A DNA stretch of 64,000 nt, from positions 1-64,000 of the forward strand of contig CAVQNT010000005.1 of the NCBI GenBank assembly GCA_963714275.1, in the 5' to 3' direction. How positions within the stretch are numbered: position 1 is the first letter of the stretch; the number at the start of each line of letters is the position of its first letter. The DNA is from Candidatus Bathyarchaeota archaeon. Lineage in GTDB: Archaea; Thermoproteota; Bathyarchaeia; Bathyarchaeales; DTEX01. This document shows, one piece after another, positions 31,467-44,228 of the stretch. The translations under genes were made by a program, and so were the position numbers. Under the pieces are notes generated by a model. It had not been told where the DNA came from and did no database searches. It was given only the letters and a program-made list of their open reading frames with translations.

Positions 31467-32515
31467 ATGCCCAAACAATTAAAATTCGGGATTATCGGCA
31501 CAGGTGTAGGAGCAGAATTTTGTGCCCGAGGATTCTCAACGATGCCTATGGATGGATTACTAAACTCGTGGCTGTGACAAGCCGAAGCGAAGATCATGCT
31601 GAGGAGTTCGCTCGCAAGTGGGGGGTTAAGCTTTGGTACATTGACTACGAAGAAATGATGCAGAAGGCTGATCTAGATGCGGTTGTCATAGACTCTCCTC
31701 ATTTTCAACATTTTCAGATGGCCAAGGACGCCATTGATGCAGGATTAAATGTTCTGGTTGACAAGCCAATGGCAATCAATCTTAAAGAGGCGGACATGAT
31801 GATTGAGGCTGCCAAAAACAAAAAAGTAAAGCTAGGCGTCATCCTGCAGTCTCGCTTTGATCCAGTTTACAGAAGAATAAAGACTGCGGTTGAGGAAGGA
31901 AAATTTGGCCATCTCATTCTGGGAGATGCTGTCGTAAAATGGTACCGCACCCAAGAGTACTACAGCAGTAATCCTTGGAGAGGCTGCTGGGCAACGGAAG
32001 GAGGAGGAGCCCTCATAAACCAGGCAATCCACACGATTGACTTGCTTCGCTGGATTATGGGACCGCCAAAATGTCTGTGGGCTCAGATGGATGCTTTTGC
32101 TCATAAAATCGACGTTGAAGACCTCGCTGTGGCAGCTATCCGATTCGAAAACAACGCCTTAGGAACAGTTCATGGAAGTACAGCCATCTATCCCGGTCTT
32201 CCCACGAGACTGGAGATTCACGGAACAAACGGCACAGCAATCGTAGAAGGCGAAAGGCTTAGGAGATGGGCAATTCTGGGCGAGAAAGAAGAGGTTGCGG
32301 AGGGCGAAAAGGAGGGCTTAAAATCTTGGGCTAGTCCTGAACTTACTCCAGCAACTCACCATGTGTCTGTAATCGTGGATTTCGCTAAAGCTGTTTTGGA
32401 GGATAGGCAGCCTTACGTGGATGGGGTTGAGGGTAGAAAATCGTTGGAGCCTGTAAAAGCCATTTATAAATCTGCCATGACACATATTCGTGTTGACTTT
32501 CCGTTGAAGGAGTGA
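31467..32515 (+). CDS. Gfo/Idh/MocA-family oxidoreductase (N-terminal frameshift)
   Basis: FGIIGTGVG in the upstream frame; DKPMA, GGGALINQAIHTID. Confidence 0.9.
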
Positions 32516-32521
32516 AGGCGC

Positions 32522-33313
32522 ATGAAGGTTTTTATCATGACGGATCTGGAAGGCGCAACCGGCGTGTCCGGAGAATGGAACGACTTCAATCCCGGAGGCA
32601 GAGAACACGATTCTGCTAGACGATTTTTAACGGGCGACGTCAATGCCGCCGTACAAGGCGCGTACGAAGGCGGCGCAGACGAGATTACGGTTCTTGATGG
32701 TCATGGGGCAGCGTTCAGCATATTACTTGAAAACTTGGATCCTAGAGCGCAGCTCATTCGTGGCAGAAGGTCTTCGGAGCTCGAGGGACTGGATGAGTCT
32801 TTCGGCTTAATGTTTGGTGTTGGCGCCCATTCTATGGCTGGAACTCCCGACGGTCTTTTGACTCACACTTTGTCTCATCTTGAAATAGACAATGTATGGC
32901 TTAACGGACAGCTTATTGGAGAAATAGGGTTATGGGCTACCTTAGCTGGACAATATAATGTGCCGTTGGGGCTAATGACAGGCGATTTGGCTGCGGTCAG
33001 GGAAGCCCGAATTCTGTTGAAAGAAATTGAAGCGGTTGCCGTGAAAGAAGCCACAAGCCGATTTGCCGCCAGATGCCTTCACCCTCAAGTTTCATGGAAG
33101 CTAATACAGGAAGCAGCAAAAAAAGCAACAGCGAAAGCTGAAACGTTCAAACCCCATAAACCAGAGACTCCGATGGAACTTAAGGTTGAGTACCACAACA
33201 GCGAACGTGCCAATAAAGTTACAGAAAGAACCGGCGTTGTCAGAATCGACGGCAGAACAGCCTCTGGCACAGGAAACAACATCATGGACATCTATAAAAC
33301 ATTATTATCTTAG
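32522..33313 (+). CDS. M55-family D-aminopeptidase (DppA-like)
   Basis: TDLEG, DGHG, GAHS, LTHT motifs. Confidence 0.9.
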   Translation: MKVFIMTDLEGATGVSGEWNDFNPGGREHDSARRFLTGDVNAAVQGAYEGGADEITVLDGHGAAFSILLENLDPRAQLIRGRRSSELEGLDESFGLMFGVGAHSMAGTPDGLLTHTLSHLEIDNVWLNGQLIGEIGLWATLAGQYNVPLGLMTGDLAAVREARILLKEIEAVAVKEATSRFAARCLHPQVSWKLIQEAAKKATAKAETFKPHKPETPMELKVEYHNSERANKVTERTGVVRIDGRTASGTGNNIMDIYKTLLS

Positions 33314-33544
33314 AAAAATAATAAAGTGCATGAGAATCAAAAAGTTCAGGAATAAGATTAACCTGTTTACTATTTCATATAGTACGTTTGATGGTCAATA
33401 GTCAGCTAGCCAATTGAAACTCTGGAGTCTCTTTGGTCAACATAAATACTTAAAGCAGTCAACACAACTATGAAGTTAGGTGCCAGGAACCAAAGTTTAT
33501 GCTTCTAAAGAAATGTATATTTAGAAACGGGAAGGCTGGAAACA

Positions 33545-34420
33545 TTGCATGTTAACATTCCAACTAAGCGTTGCCCAAGGCTTTCTGTAGCAGTTTCTGC
33601 GTCGATCGTTTCGGACGTTCCGCACCTGAGGGAGAAGACTTCAAAAATCGGTTTTGTCGGGCGGGCTTTAGCCATGTTCCGCGTGGACGAAGTCATAATT
33701 TTCTCCGATGCCTCAGCTCAAAGCCAAGCTCGGGACATTGAGCTCGTCGCCACTTTGCTGTCTTACCTGGAAACCCCGCAGTACCTTAGGAAACACCTTT
33801 TCAAGATTAAGCCTGAACTAAGTTACGGCGGGATTCTACCTCCCCTACGAACCCCCCACCACCCTCTACGGAACCACGAAAAAGACTTAATAGTCGGGGA
33901 ATGCCGTGAAGGCGTGGTAGTTTCCCGCAACAATAAAGGAATCTTTGTCGAGGTAGGCGTTGAACGACCCGTTATAATCCTCAACGAGAATGTTTCTTTG
34001 AATTCGCGGGTGACGGTTAGAATAATGGAGAAGGGCAAACACTTCAGAGGTCAACTGATTACGCCTGACGACGTAGACCGTTATTGGGGATACAAGGTAA
34101 CAGTCGCAAACAAACCATTAGGGCGCATGTTAAGAGACCAATCTTTTGACTTCGTTATTGCCACATCACGGCTTGGAGAACCCTTCATGAAGGTTGCGGA
34201 CAAAATACGGACCGAATGGGACAAGTCTAAGTGTGTCCTCGTCGCCTTCGGAGCGCCATCAAAAGGTCTTCACGAAATTGTGAAGCAGGAAAAACTTGAC
34301 CTTGCAGACCTGGTGGACTTTGTCGTGAACACGGTGCCGAACCAAGCGACCGAGACAGTGCGAACCGAAGAAGCCCTATACGCGACCCTTGCTGCCCTTA
34401 ATTTGTTGATGTCTTCTTGA
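33545..34420 (+). CDS. SPOUT RNA methyltransferase (DUF171 family)
   Basis: YLETPQYLRK, LPPLRTPHH, NTVPNQATETVRTEEA. Confidence 0.9.
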   Translation: MHVNIPTKRCPRLSVAVSASIVSDVPHLREKTSKIGFVGRALAMFRVDEVIIFSDASAQSQARDIELVATLLSYLETPQYLRKHLFKIKPELSYGGILPPLRTPHHPLRNHEKDLIVGECREGVVVSRNNKGIFVEVGVERPVIILNENVSLNSRVTVRIMEKGKHFRGQLITPDDVDRYWGYKVTVANKPLGRMLRDQSFDFVIATSRLGEPFMKVADKIRTEWDKSKCVLVAFGAPSKGLHEIVKQEKLDLADLVDFVVNTVPNQATETVRTEEALYATLAALNLLMSS

Positions 34421-36385
34421 CTCGTAGTGGAAATTCGGTATTTTTGGGTTTCAGAAGTCTTGTTTGTTCAATAAAGGTGCTCATTAAATGTTGTTTCTGT
34501 GTGTTGTCCAAGAAGCGTATCCAAACCATCATCGGTCCAGGTTCACGGTTCGCCCAAGCAAAATAAGGAATAACGGTGAATTCGGCAGTTCGTATTCTTT
34601 GCGACACATCAGTAAACCGTTGATAAAGATGGTCTTCAAAGCCTTCGGTTTCAGCTGCTAAACCCTCGCCCTTAATGGCAACCACACCATTAAGGAGGTC
34701 TAGCATCCACTCAGTCCTAATTTTAGACCTCGACGAAATTGCAATGTTACAGATGTTGCATCCTGGATTGTCAACCTGTTCAACACAATAAATAAGCGGT
34801 CCCCGCATCAATGCCACTCGGTCAGTATTCTCAGTTACGAACGGATGGCACAATATGTACTCAACAGGCAATGGTAGAGAAAGCCTGACCTGGTCTCCAG
34901 ACCTCCAAGAGCGATTCATCTCAACGTATGTTCCTGGCTGAAATTCCCCCTCGAAAGTTTCACCATTAACTTCAATCTTTGGGTCGTGGCTCCAACCTGG
35001 AATGCGAAGAAAAAGACTGAAATTCATTTTTTTACCAGTTTGAACTGTGACCTCAATTTCTCCGTCCCAAGGGTAGTCAGTCCGTTGGACAAGCGTTAAT
35101 TTTTCTCCTGAAAAATTAAGGTCTACAGTGCTTTGAACGTAAAGGTTTATCCAAACGCCTTGGGATGACGTGCTGTAAATGTAACCTGATAGTTGGGCAA
35201 GTAAACGGGCGATGTTGGATGGACAACAGGCGCATTCAAACCATGGTTGACGACGATGCCCTTCTCGGTCTGAAAGAGGATTCACGTAGAAGTACTCCTG
35301 ACCATCAAGCGAGATTCCCGACAATACACCATTGTAAAGGGCAAGTTCCATGACATCAGAAAATTTCGCCTCTCCCGTAATAAGCAGCATGCGCCAGTTC
35401 CACATAACATTTGCAATCGCTGCACACGTTTCAGCGTAAGCAGTCGCATTTGGCAGTTCATAATCGTCACCGAAGGATTCACCAGCATGTCTCGCACCCA
35501 ACCCTCCAGTGACATACATTTTCTGTCTCGTCATGTTGTCCCAAAGGTGGAGAAGCGCAGTTAATAGGGATTCGTCGCCTGTTTCCATGTAGACGTCCGC
35601 TGCGCCACAATTCAGATAGATTGAGCGGACAGCATGTCCAACGATTTTGTGCAGTTCACGAAACGGTTTGTGATCAATGTGATAGGCACCTCCACCGATC
35701 AACCCTTTTCCCCGCTGATCGATGAAGAAACACGCTAGATCCAGGTATTCCTTGCGTCCGGTTGTCCTAAAAAGTTCTACAAGCGCCATCTCAATCTCTG
35801 GATGCCCCGAAGTTCCCAACTTTTTATTTGGTCCAAAGGTGTCTCGAATGTGGTCTAAGAATCGGCAGGCAATGTCTAGGAGAGAACATTCCCCTGTTGC
35901 CCGATAATGTGCTATGCTTGCTTGTATCAGGTGTCCCGCGCAATATAGACTCGTGCATGTCCCGAAGGTTAGTCCACCTTTCCTTCTTACGATCAAAAGA
36001 AAAATACGTGTTCAAGTAACCGTTCTCATCTTGTGCATCCCCAATATCAACTATTATCTGCGTAATTAAGCGATGAAGTTCATCGGATTTTTTTCCCGCA
36101 ATCGAAAAGGCGACTGCTTCAACCCACTTGTAAACATCAGAATCGTTAAAAACTAATCCTTTGAATTCAACCTTCATCTTACCCGAGGCGCGACGGAAAT
36201 TATCTATTCGGTTAGTTTCCTCAAGAAGTCTTGAACTGTGAAGGTAAAGTGGTTTCACGGAGCATTTGTTGCCTTGGCGCCCAGAATCTGTCTTCTAAAA
36301 GCACTCTTTCTATGGGTACTGGACGCAGCCTCGCATAAGGACTATACGATGTATCTGTAATATATGTTGAGCCAAATTTTTTCAT
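34398..36385 (-). CDS. GH127 beta-L-arabinofuranosidase-like protein (frameshifted)
   Basis: DSDVYKWVEA, GHPEIEMAL, GHAVR, YAETCAA, CACCP. Confidence 0.92.
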
Positions 36386-36461
36386 GAAAGCCTATCCTCA
36401 GAAACAATGTTTCCTTCTTTCATAAAAGCCTAAATGCTGCTTTTTCGTGAAAATTTTCAGG

Positions 36462-38702
36462 CTATTCGTAATACTCTGTTAAAGCCTGCTGTTCAGCCTT
36501 TTCTTCAGTGGACAGTTTCTCCCAGTCTTCGCGTTTCACGTAACCGCCGATTTGCTCCCTAATTTTCTTTGCAACCGCTGGACCAATCAGGGGGAGACCT
36601 GTAAGCGTGCTGAGTGGTACTCTCTGCAGATCCTCGAATGTTTTAAATCCTGCGTTATACATTACTCGGGCTCGCGCTCTGCCTACGCCTTCAAGCTTCG
36701 TTAGAGGTAGCAGTTCAGCCTTTACTCCTTTCACTACTCTTTCCCGTATCTCCATAATTCGGGGCAAGATGTCCTTGTGTCCCAGAAGCCTTGCTAGCTC
36801 AGAGACTGCTGTACAATAGCCACTCCGCTGTGGCGATTAAACGGTAAAGGTCTCCAGGTTCAACACTGAATGTCTCGATCATCTCGTCCTCGGAGGTTTC
36901 GTCAGCCCAAGCCTTGAAAACGAGGGCTGTTTTCACTTCGCCTAAAAATTCTTCGTAGTTGACTCTGTCCGCCCACTCGTCCGGCTGCTCAAACAGGAAT
37001 TCACCAGTGTGGTTTTCTGCGTACATCGCGACCTTTTCGAGTTCTCGGGTTGAACAGCGGAGCTTAGGAAACATGTCCGGAGTGTGCGCCACCATGTGCA
37101 TGAAGCTCGAGTTCCGAGAGCTTCGGTGCCCTGTTGGTTAAGCCGTCGCGGATGACTATGGCTGACACTGGGTCAATGTAAAGCTGGGAAATCCTTCTGC
37201 CGAACCGGGTGGCTTGGATGTTAGGTCCGTCGACCTCGATCATTTCTTCGTCGTAAAGAAACTTCAGAATCTTGGCGATGATTCCCTTGATGGCTCGAAG
37301 GTCGTACTGGAAAGCGTAGAGGGTCTTGCCGAAAAAGTCGTAGACGCCTTGCTCTGAACGGGCAAACTCTGACGCTATTGTGGCTAGAACGTGGGTTCTC
37401 AGAATCTTTTCGACGCCAAGCTTTGACCAGATCCGCTCAGGCTGGGCGAGAACGTCACTCGTGAGGAGGTAGTCCATCTCCTCTTCGGTTTTGGCGACCA
37501 AGACAGATTCGCCGATCTTGTCGTATTTGGGTCGCCCCGCCCTTCCAACCATTTGTTTGTACTCAATCACGCTTATTGGGTAGTAACCGTACCCAGGGTC
37601 GTAACGCCTGTAATTGCTGATGATGACCATTCTCGCTGGCAGGTTTACGCCAAAAGCAAGCGTCGGGGTTGCCGTGAGAACCTTTATTCTTCCGTCCCTG
37701 AACGAATCCTCAATTAATTTTCGGTGCGTCGCTCCTAAACCAGCATGGTGGAATGCAACGCCGTCCTTAACGAGGTCCGCCAGTAGCATGCTTATTCTTG
37801 TCTTTTCCCCTGAGCCTGCGATGGATTCTGAAATGTGCTCCAACGATCTGTGCATAACCTTCGAGAGGACTTTGCCAACTTCAGGCGCTGCTTTTTTCGC
37901 CAAGCCAACTGATTCTCTTCGGGTAGATGCGAAAATCAACGCTTGTCCGCCTTGTTGGATGCTGTGTAATGCGAGATTGATGGGTGGGTTGCTTGACAGT
38001 TTCTCTATTTTCGCTGAGTCGCCGTCCTTAAATTGAACCTCTAAACCTTGTAGGACGCCTTCTCTTAATGTAACTGGTCTCCACTGCGTCGAAACTGGAA
38101 CAGCTTTCAGCCACTCTGCGATGTCCTCAGCGTTTCTAACCGTTGCGCTTAAAGCCAACACTTGAACGTTCGGGTTCACCTGCAGCAGACGGGCTAGGAC
38201 AACCTCCAGCGTCGGTCCCCTGTCCGCGTCGTTTAAGAGGTGCACCTCGTCCGCGACCACAAGCGTAAGGTCGTCCATCCACTGAGCCCTGTGCCTAAGC
38301 AGAGAATCGCACTTCTCGTTCGTGGCGATGATGATGTCGAACCTTGCCAGCCAAGGGTCGCCGCTGTCAAAGTCACCTGTGGTTATGCCCACTCTGAGTT
38401 TTCCACCATTTGGCTTCTTTAAAGATTCGTACTTCTTGAATTCGGCGTATTTTTCGCTAGCAAGGGCTCTAAGAGGACATAAGTAAAGGACTTTACCGTT
38501 CCTTTCTATAACGTGTTTAACTGCGCACAACTCTGCTACAAGCGTTTTTCCCGAAGCCGTAGGACTGGTTAAAAGAAGGTTCTTTCCATCCAGCGCCCCA
38601 GCTTTTATGGCTTCTTCCTGTGGCGGATAGAGGCTCTTTGATGCCTGAGTCAATTAGCAGTTGTTTCGCTTGTTCAGGTATGCTCAGCTCTTCGGATAAC
38701 AA
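36462..38702 (-). CDS. hel308: Ski2-like helicase Hel308 (frameshifted)
   Basis: PTASGKT, DEVH, FHHAGL, QMVGRAGRP, C-terminal HhH. Confidence 0.92.
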
Positions 38703-38730
38703 GTTTTAACCCTTTTTTCTGGGCGTGAGC

Positions 38731-40770
38731 CTAGGTTTTCTTCAGGTATCCTTCTCTTGGTTCGTAGATTGTGCCCTCTCTTCTCAGTAGACTCAATAGC
38801 CTTTCAGCTTCTATTCTGTCAATGTTGAACGCCGTAGCCAACCTATCAACAAGGTCGGACCTCTTCACTGCGCCTGTTTCTCTTTCCATATCAACCAGCA
38901 CGTTCAGGATTACCCGGAGTTTGTCCTGTAAGCTCTTGGGTTTACCAGTCATGATTATGTCGATGTCGATTTTGTGCGAAGTAACGTCGATGCCTGACTC
39001 TTCCAAGGACCACTTCATAATCGCGATAGCGTGGACCGCATCCTCAGTAATGACTTCTTCCCTCAAAGCAGCCTTCGCCCTAGCCTCAGATATCCTTACC
39101 AAAGATTCTAACTGGCGAGCAGTGATGGCGATAGGTGAACCCTCAACCTCGCTGGCGGAACGCATCTCCAAATAGAACTCCTTCAGCCTGTTGAAAGCTT
39201 CCTGAGTAAGAACAGGCGTGATTCCCTTGGCATAGGCGATGTACTTCCTTAAGAGGTCTGACGAAATAGGCGGCTCTTCTGGTGGAGCTTGACGCATGTG
39301 GAGATCAAGAATGTGTTCACTCATTTTGGTGTCCCGTTCTTTTTCAGGAACATCCTTCATCACGAAAATCAGATCGAACCTCGAAAGAATCGTAACTGGA
39401 AGCGAAATATTCTCAGCCACCGTCCTGTAAGCATCGTACCTTCCAAGCGCAGGGTTAGCAGCACCTAGAATAGCCGCACGGGCATTCAGGGTCGCCACAA
39501 TTCCTCCCTTCGCAATGGAGATCGTGTGCTGTTCCATAGCTTCGTGGATGGCAACTCTGTCTTCAGGTCGCATCTTGTCCATCTCGTCTATGCACGCTAT
39601 ACCTCTGTCCGCAAGAACAAGGGCGCCTGCTTCAAGTGTCATTCCGCCAGTTGCTGTGGGCAAAACAGCTGCGGTGAGCCCAGCTGCTGTGGTTCCTCTT
39701 CCACTGGTATAGAGTCCCCTAGGCGCAATCTTGGGCACATATCTTAAAAGCTGAGACTTTGCTGTACCGGGGTCTCCGACCAATAGGACGTTAGGTTCGC
39801 CACGTATGCTGATGTCTGGCAGGTGTTTGGGGACTCCTCCGAAAAGAAGGTACATTATTGCCTCCTTGATGTGCTCGTAGCCGTAAACAGAAGGCGCGAT
39901 GGAACGGATAATTTTCTCGTGCACATGCGGATCTCTGGATAACTCAAGAATCTGCTGCTCCTCCTCAGGCGTAACACTGAGTGATTCAAGTTCCCTTCCC
40001 GTTGAATCAATAAAGTTCGCCTCTATGTAAAGCGGAAAAGCTCTTGTTTTCCCCGTTTTTGAGGAAGCTTTGGTTTCCGTGTGGATGATGCCTATTACGT
40101 AAACGCGGTCGCCTGGTCTGGCAAGGTCAACAAGATCTTTTCCTATAAGCTGAATGTCTAAGGAACGTGGTGTTTGTCCAGGAGGTAGCTCCTCAGGATA
40201 TTCTTGGATGCGAAGCTCCTGCGAGTCAACGAACTCGGACTCTTCTTCTACCAGCTCAAAGTTACTCGTGTTCTTGCATGCTGGATTTGTACATTTCGAT
40301 GGAGAGGTTAAAAAATTGCCCGATTGGGGAACCTCTATCGTTTCTTCGCATCTGTTACATCTAAAAACAGCCTTTGTCACAAACGGTCTGACATTTGTTG
40401 CTCGGATGACTATGCCTTCTAACAATTCAAGCTTACCAATATGATCAGAGCTAAGTTCCCGTAAAGGAATCTTATAGGGAATGCCGCGAATTCTGACTTT
40501 AACTCCCTGTTCCCTAATTTTTTCAGCGTATTCAGGATCCTGTATCTGCAGCTGATCGAAGGTCGCGTTGTTCCCGTATTCCAGGAACTCTTCGGGTTTC
40601 TCAAGCAAACCCTCAACCAACATGCTGTCAAAAATGTCAAGGTCGTTAAAATCAAGAACCAACGAAGTGTCGCCGTTGATTGCCATCTGCGAGATTCTCT
40701 GTCGGTACTTGTCTGTTTTAAGGAAGCTTTGGAACCTTTCTTGAGGTTTATCTAAAACCAGTTCGGTCAT
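38731..40770 (-). CDS. mcm: Replicative helicase MCM
   Basis: GDPGTAKS, IDEMDKM, SRFD, Zn finger. Confidence 0.97.
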   Translation of the reverse strand: MTELVLDKPQERFQSFLKTDKYRQRISQMAINGDTSLVLDFNDLDIFDSMLVEGLLEKPEEFLEYGNNATFDQLQIQDPEYAEKIREQGVKVRIRGIPYKIPLRELSSDHIGKLELLEGIVIRATNVRPFVTKAVFRCNRCEETIEVPQSGNFLTSPSKCTNPACKNTSNFELVEEESEFVDSQELRIQEYPEELPPGQTPRSLDIQLIGKDLVDLARPGDRVYVIGIIHTETKASSKTGKTRAFPLYIEANFIDSTGRELESLSVTPEEEQQILELSRDPHVHEKIIRSIAPSVYGYEHIKEAIMYLLFGGVPKHLPDISIRGEPNVLLVGDPGTAKSQLLRYVPKIAPRGLYTSGRGTTAAGLTAAVLPTATGGMTLEAGALVLADRGIACIDEMDKMRPEDRVAIHEAMEQHTISIAKGGIVATLNARAAILGAANPALGRYDAYRTVAENISLPVTILSRFDLIFVMKDVPEKERDTKMSEHILDLHMRQAPPEEPPISSDLLRKYIAYAKGITPVLTQEAFNRLKEFYLEMRSASEVEGSPIAITARQLESLVRISEARAKAALREEVITEDAVHAIAIMKWSLEESGIDVTSHKIDIDIIMTGKPKSLQDKLRVILNVLVDMERETGAVKRSDLVDRLATAFNIDRIEAERLLSLLRREGTIYEPREGYLKKT

Positions 40771-40785
40771 GTTGGCAACCTTCTC

Positions 40786-41333
40786 TTAAAGGATTTCGCG
40801 TCTCCATTCATTAATGATTTTGTCAAGCTCCTCATAGAGGGTCTGCTCTTCAGCAGTTAGGCTTCGCAATATTTGTCCTTTTTGACCCGGCGTGGAAGCT
40901 AATGTGATTATTTTTTTGAGCCTGCAATCAGCAATGTCTTTGGAGAGCTGCTGTACATGTTCATACTCTCTCATCTTTTCGGGGCTGCTTTTTGAAACGC
41001 CTTTCAGGTCTTCAAGCACCCGCCGCAGCCTAGGATAAAAATCGTCAGGAAGAGTGGAAAGGTTGCTTATGGGCTGAATGCGTTCCCTGTGAAGAATCGG
41101 GTAAAGCCCGGAAGCGTTCAAAGTTTCCTCTCTAGGACGGACTAATCCAGCTTTCTCTACTCACGTGCTATCCAAAACCTGATCTCGTACCCGTTTCCTT
41201 CATCGAACGGACCAACCTTTAAGCCGGTGAGCTCAATCTCAGGCGAACTTCTGACTGCAACCACCTTTATGGGTTTATTCTCGAATGAGGCGTCAGCGTC
41301 CTTTATTGGCGAACGGGCATTCTCGGAAGACAA
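40786..41333 (-). CDS. GINS subunit (GINS23-like, frameshifted)
   Basis: Upstream of mcm; LSTLPDDFYPRL...RLKKI...LTAEE. Confidence 0.7.
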
Positions 41334-41727
41334 GTCTTTAACCTTCTGTTACCTTTAGAAGCATACAATAATAAATGACACACATATAAAAGTTGAAGTG
41401 ACCAATATAGAACTTAAAACCAAGACTTTTTTAGGCTTAAAACAGCGAATCGCTAAGATTTTGAGGAAAAGATTCTATACATTATTGTATCTGCCGTTCA
41501 AACGTGGTTTTTTGTGTTCCAAAAGAAATGAATATTTGCGTCGCAAAACAGCCTATCTTCGGTCACTGAATGTTACACAAAAATTGAAATCTGATGTCAT
41601 ACAAAACAGATAGTTAAGAAAAGCCATTCTTCTAAAGACTCAATGTGATTATGCAATGATTTTTTAGGCTGTTTAAAGATAGGATACTTCGGGAAAGAAT
41701 TACGATAAAAGTCAAGGATGACCAACG

Positions 41728-42330
41728 TTGAAGCTTCATGTCCACAAAAAAGCCTTCAGAGCTTTAGGGATTTCTGAAAGCTTCGTCAAAGGCGAAAGCG
41801 AAAAGTCGGTTCTGGCAGGCGTGGTAATGCGGGCAGACAAAGCCATCGACGGATTCGTCTTCGCTGAGGCAACGGTAGGCGGGATGGACGCCACAGAAAA
41901 AGTGATTGGGATGCACAAAACTTTGGGAAGAGACGACGTAAACGTGCTTCTGCTGAATGGCTGCGTCATCAGCTGGTACAACGTCGTCGACCTACACAAA
42001 GTTGCCGAGGAAACTGGACTTCCCCTAATCTGCGTCACCTACGAGGAGTCTGAGGGTCTCGACAAATACTTCAAAGAACTGTTTCCAGAAGACTGGGAAA
42101 GCCGCGTCCAAGTCTACCACAAGAACAAGGAAAGGACGCCGCTGGAACTAAAAACTGGGCACATCATCTATGCAAGGTTCTTGGGAATGAGCTTAGAAGA
42201 AGCGAAACAAATCCTTGACAAGTTCACGTCTCACGGCGCCATTTCAGAACCCTTAAGAGTAGCCCGCCTTTTAGCAAGGGCGACAGTAAAGACATTGGTG
42301 CCAAAAGGTCACACAAGAACGCATAGTTAA
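41728..42330 (+). CDS. DUF99 / endonuclease V-like protein
   Basis: GISESF, VGGMDAT, NVVD, EPLRVARL. Confidence 0.85.
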   Translation: MKLHVHKKAFRALGISESFVKGESEKSVLAGVVMRADKAIDGFVFAEATVGGMDATEKVIGMHKTLGRDDVNVLLLNGCVISWYNVVDLHKVAEETGLPLICVTYEESEGLDKYFKELFPEDWESRVQVYHKNKERTPLELKTGHIIYARFLGMSLEEAKQILDKFTSHGAISEPLRVARLLARATVKTLVPKGHTRTHS

Positions 42331-42375
42331 ATTCATAATGTTTTACCTCAGCTGAGTTACAACGAAGGGACATGA

Positions 42376-42810
42376 ATGTCTGGGTCTCTGGAAAGAAAAA
42401 TGGAAGAGATACAGCACATTCTAGAAAACCTGATTGCTGAAGCAGCAAACGGAACGCCCATAATTGTCGAGGGACCGAGAGACCGAGAAAGCTTAGAAAG
42501 GCTCGAAGTGAAAGGCGACGTAATATCCGCAAAAACAAAAGGAAAAACATTGTTGGATACGCTTCAGGAGATCGAAGACCGCAACAAAGACGAGGTCATA
42601 CTGCTCATGGACTTTGACAGAAGAGGCAAAGAAATGACCGCACATCTTATTAAGAATCTTGAAAAAAGTCGAATCAAAACAAACCTCGTTTTCTGGAAAA
42701 AACTTTCAAGCCTCGTTGGACGCGACATCAAAGACATAGAAGGTCTAGCCACATTCATTCAGACGCTTAACAAAAAAATAGGGAAGGACGCATCAAACTT
42801 GAGTCTTTAG
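42376..42810 (+). CDS. Small TOPRIM-domain protein
   Basis: IIVEGPRD, LMDFDRRG. Confidence 0.88.
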   Translation: MSGSLERKMEEIQHILENLIAEAANGTPIIVEGPRDRESLERLEVKGDVISAKTKGKTLLDTLQEIEDRNKDEVILLMDFDRRGKEMTAHLIKNLEKSRIKTNLVFWKKLSSLVGRDIKDIEGLATFIQTLNKKIGKDASNLSL

Positions 42811-43085
42811 AAATTGATGTTACCAAGAGCTTACCTTCAAACACAAATTTATTAGGATTTTATATAAGAAAAAGTGTTCAGCAAGTAAGCTAGAAGCATC
42901 CCATTATGTGCTTGTATAATGAACGTAAAAACCGAATCTTTTTTATGTATGTATCTCACGTATATGGTGAGAGGTTTGTTTATTAAACCTCGTAAAAATT
43001 AGACTCAATAATGAACATTAAACGAATCATTACTTGAGGAATCAAAAAAAATGAAAATAATAGGAAACAAAGAGGTGTATGTTAA

Positions 43086-44222
43086 TTGTCTTTTCAACCT
43101 TTCACGGTTAAGTATGTTATCCGTGCAAAATTCAACGTTGAAGGAGTCGTCGAAAAACCCGACGTAATAGGAGCAGTTTTCGGGCAAACAGAAGGACTGT
43201 TCGGAACAGAACTTGACCTAAGGGAACTGCAAAAATCAGGAAGAATCGGAAGAATCGAAATCGACCTTAGATCAGAAAAGGATAAAACAGACGGCTCAAT
43301 CAACATCCCAACAAGCCTAGACAGAGTCTCCACTGCCATAATAGCAGCAAGCATAGAAAGCATAGACAGAATAGGTCCGTGCCAAGCAATCGTAAACTTG
43401 GTCAAAATTGATGATGTTAGGGAAACAAAAAGGAAAGCCATCATCGAAAGAGCCAAAGAAATCCTACACAACTGGAACCTCGAAAAACGACCAGAAACCG
43501 AAGAAATATTCCGAGAAGTCTCCGAAATCCTGAAAACCACAAAAGTCGAAACTTACGGTCCAGACAAATTGCCAGCTGGACCAGAAGTCAACTCTTCAAA
43601 AGAAATAATCATTGTAGAAGGAAGAGCTGACGTAATAGTTTTGATGAAACTGGGAATCCAAAACGTCATCGCATTAGAGGGAGTAAAAATCCCAGAAACA
43701 ATCATAAGGCTGACAAGAGAAAAAGAAGCCACAGCATTCCTAGACGGCGACCACGGAGGAGACCTGATTCTTAAAGAACTCCTGCAAGTAGCCAGCATAA
43801 AGTACGTTGCGAGGGCACCAAGCGGCAAAGAAGTCGAGGACCTAACAGCAAAAGAAATCGAAAATGCCCTTCAAAAGAAGATACCGATCGAAGAAGCGAA
43901 GGAGAAAAAGAAGAAAAGAAAAAAGGTCCTTGTACCCAAAGAAATCGTAGATGCAGCCAGTAAACTCAAGGGAACACTTGAAGCCATTCTCCTCAACGAG
44001 CAAATGAAAGAAGTAGGTCGAATGCCAGTCAGCGAACTTGCGGATAAAATCCGAGAAGCAGAAAACGTGAACACCGTTGTCTTCGACGGCGTCACCACAC
44101 AGAGACTCATAGACGTCGCAAGCGAAAAAAACATCAAGTTCCTAGTTGCAGCCCGAATATCCGAGGTCGTGAAACAGCCATTAAACGTGAACCTGCTGAC
44201 CTTCGAGGAAGTGTTGGAGTAG
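43086..44222 (+). CDS. dnaG: Archaeal DnaG
   Basis: DVIGAVFGQTEGL, VEGRADV, DGDHGG. Confidence 0.95.
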   Translation: MSFQPFTVKYVIRAKFNVEGVVEKPDVIGAVFGQTEGLFGTELDLRELQKSGRIGRIEIDLRSEKDKTDGSINIPTSLDRVSTAIIAASIESIDRIGPCQAIVNLVKIDDVRETKRKAIIERAKEILHNWNLEKRPETEEIFREVSEILKTTKVETYGPDKLPAGPEVNSSKEIIIVEGRADVIVLMKLGIQNVIALEGVKIPETIIRLTREKEATAFLDGDHGGDLILKELLQVASIKYVARAPSGKEVEDLTAKEIENALQKKIPIEEAKEKKKKRKKVLVPKEIVDAASKLKGTLEAILLNEQMKEVGRMPVSELADKIREAENVNTVVFDGVTTQRLIDVASEKNIKFLVAARISEVVKQPLNVNLLTFEEVLE

Positions 44223-44228
44223 CCAAAT

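Noticed and set aside
41340-41727. Long AT-rich spacer beside GINS-MCM as a chromosomal origin
   Set aside because: No ORB-like repeats seen and no cdc6/orc1 gene nearby.
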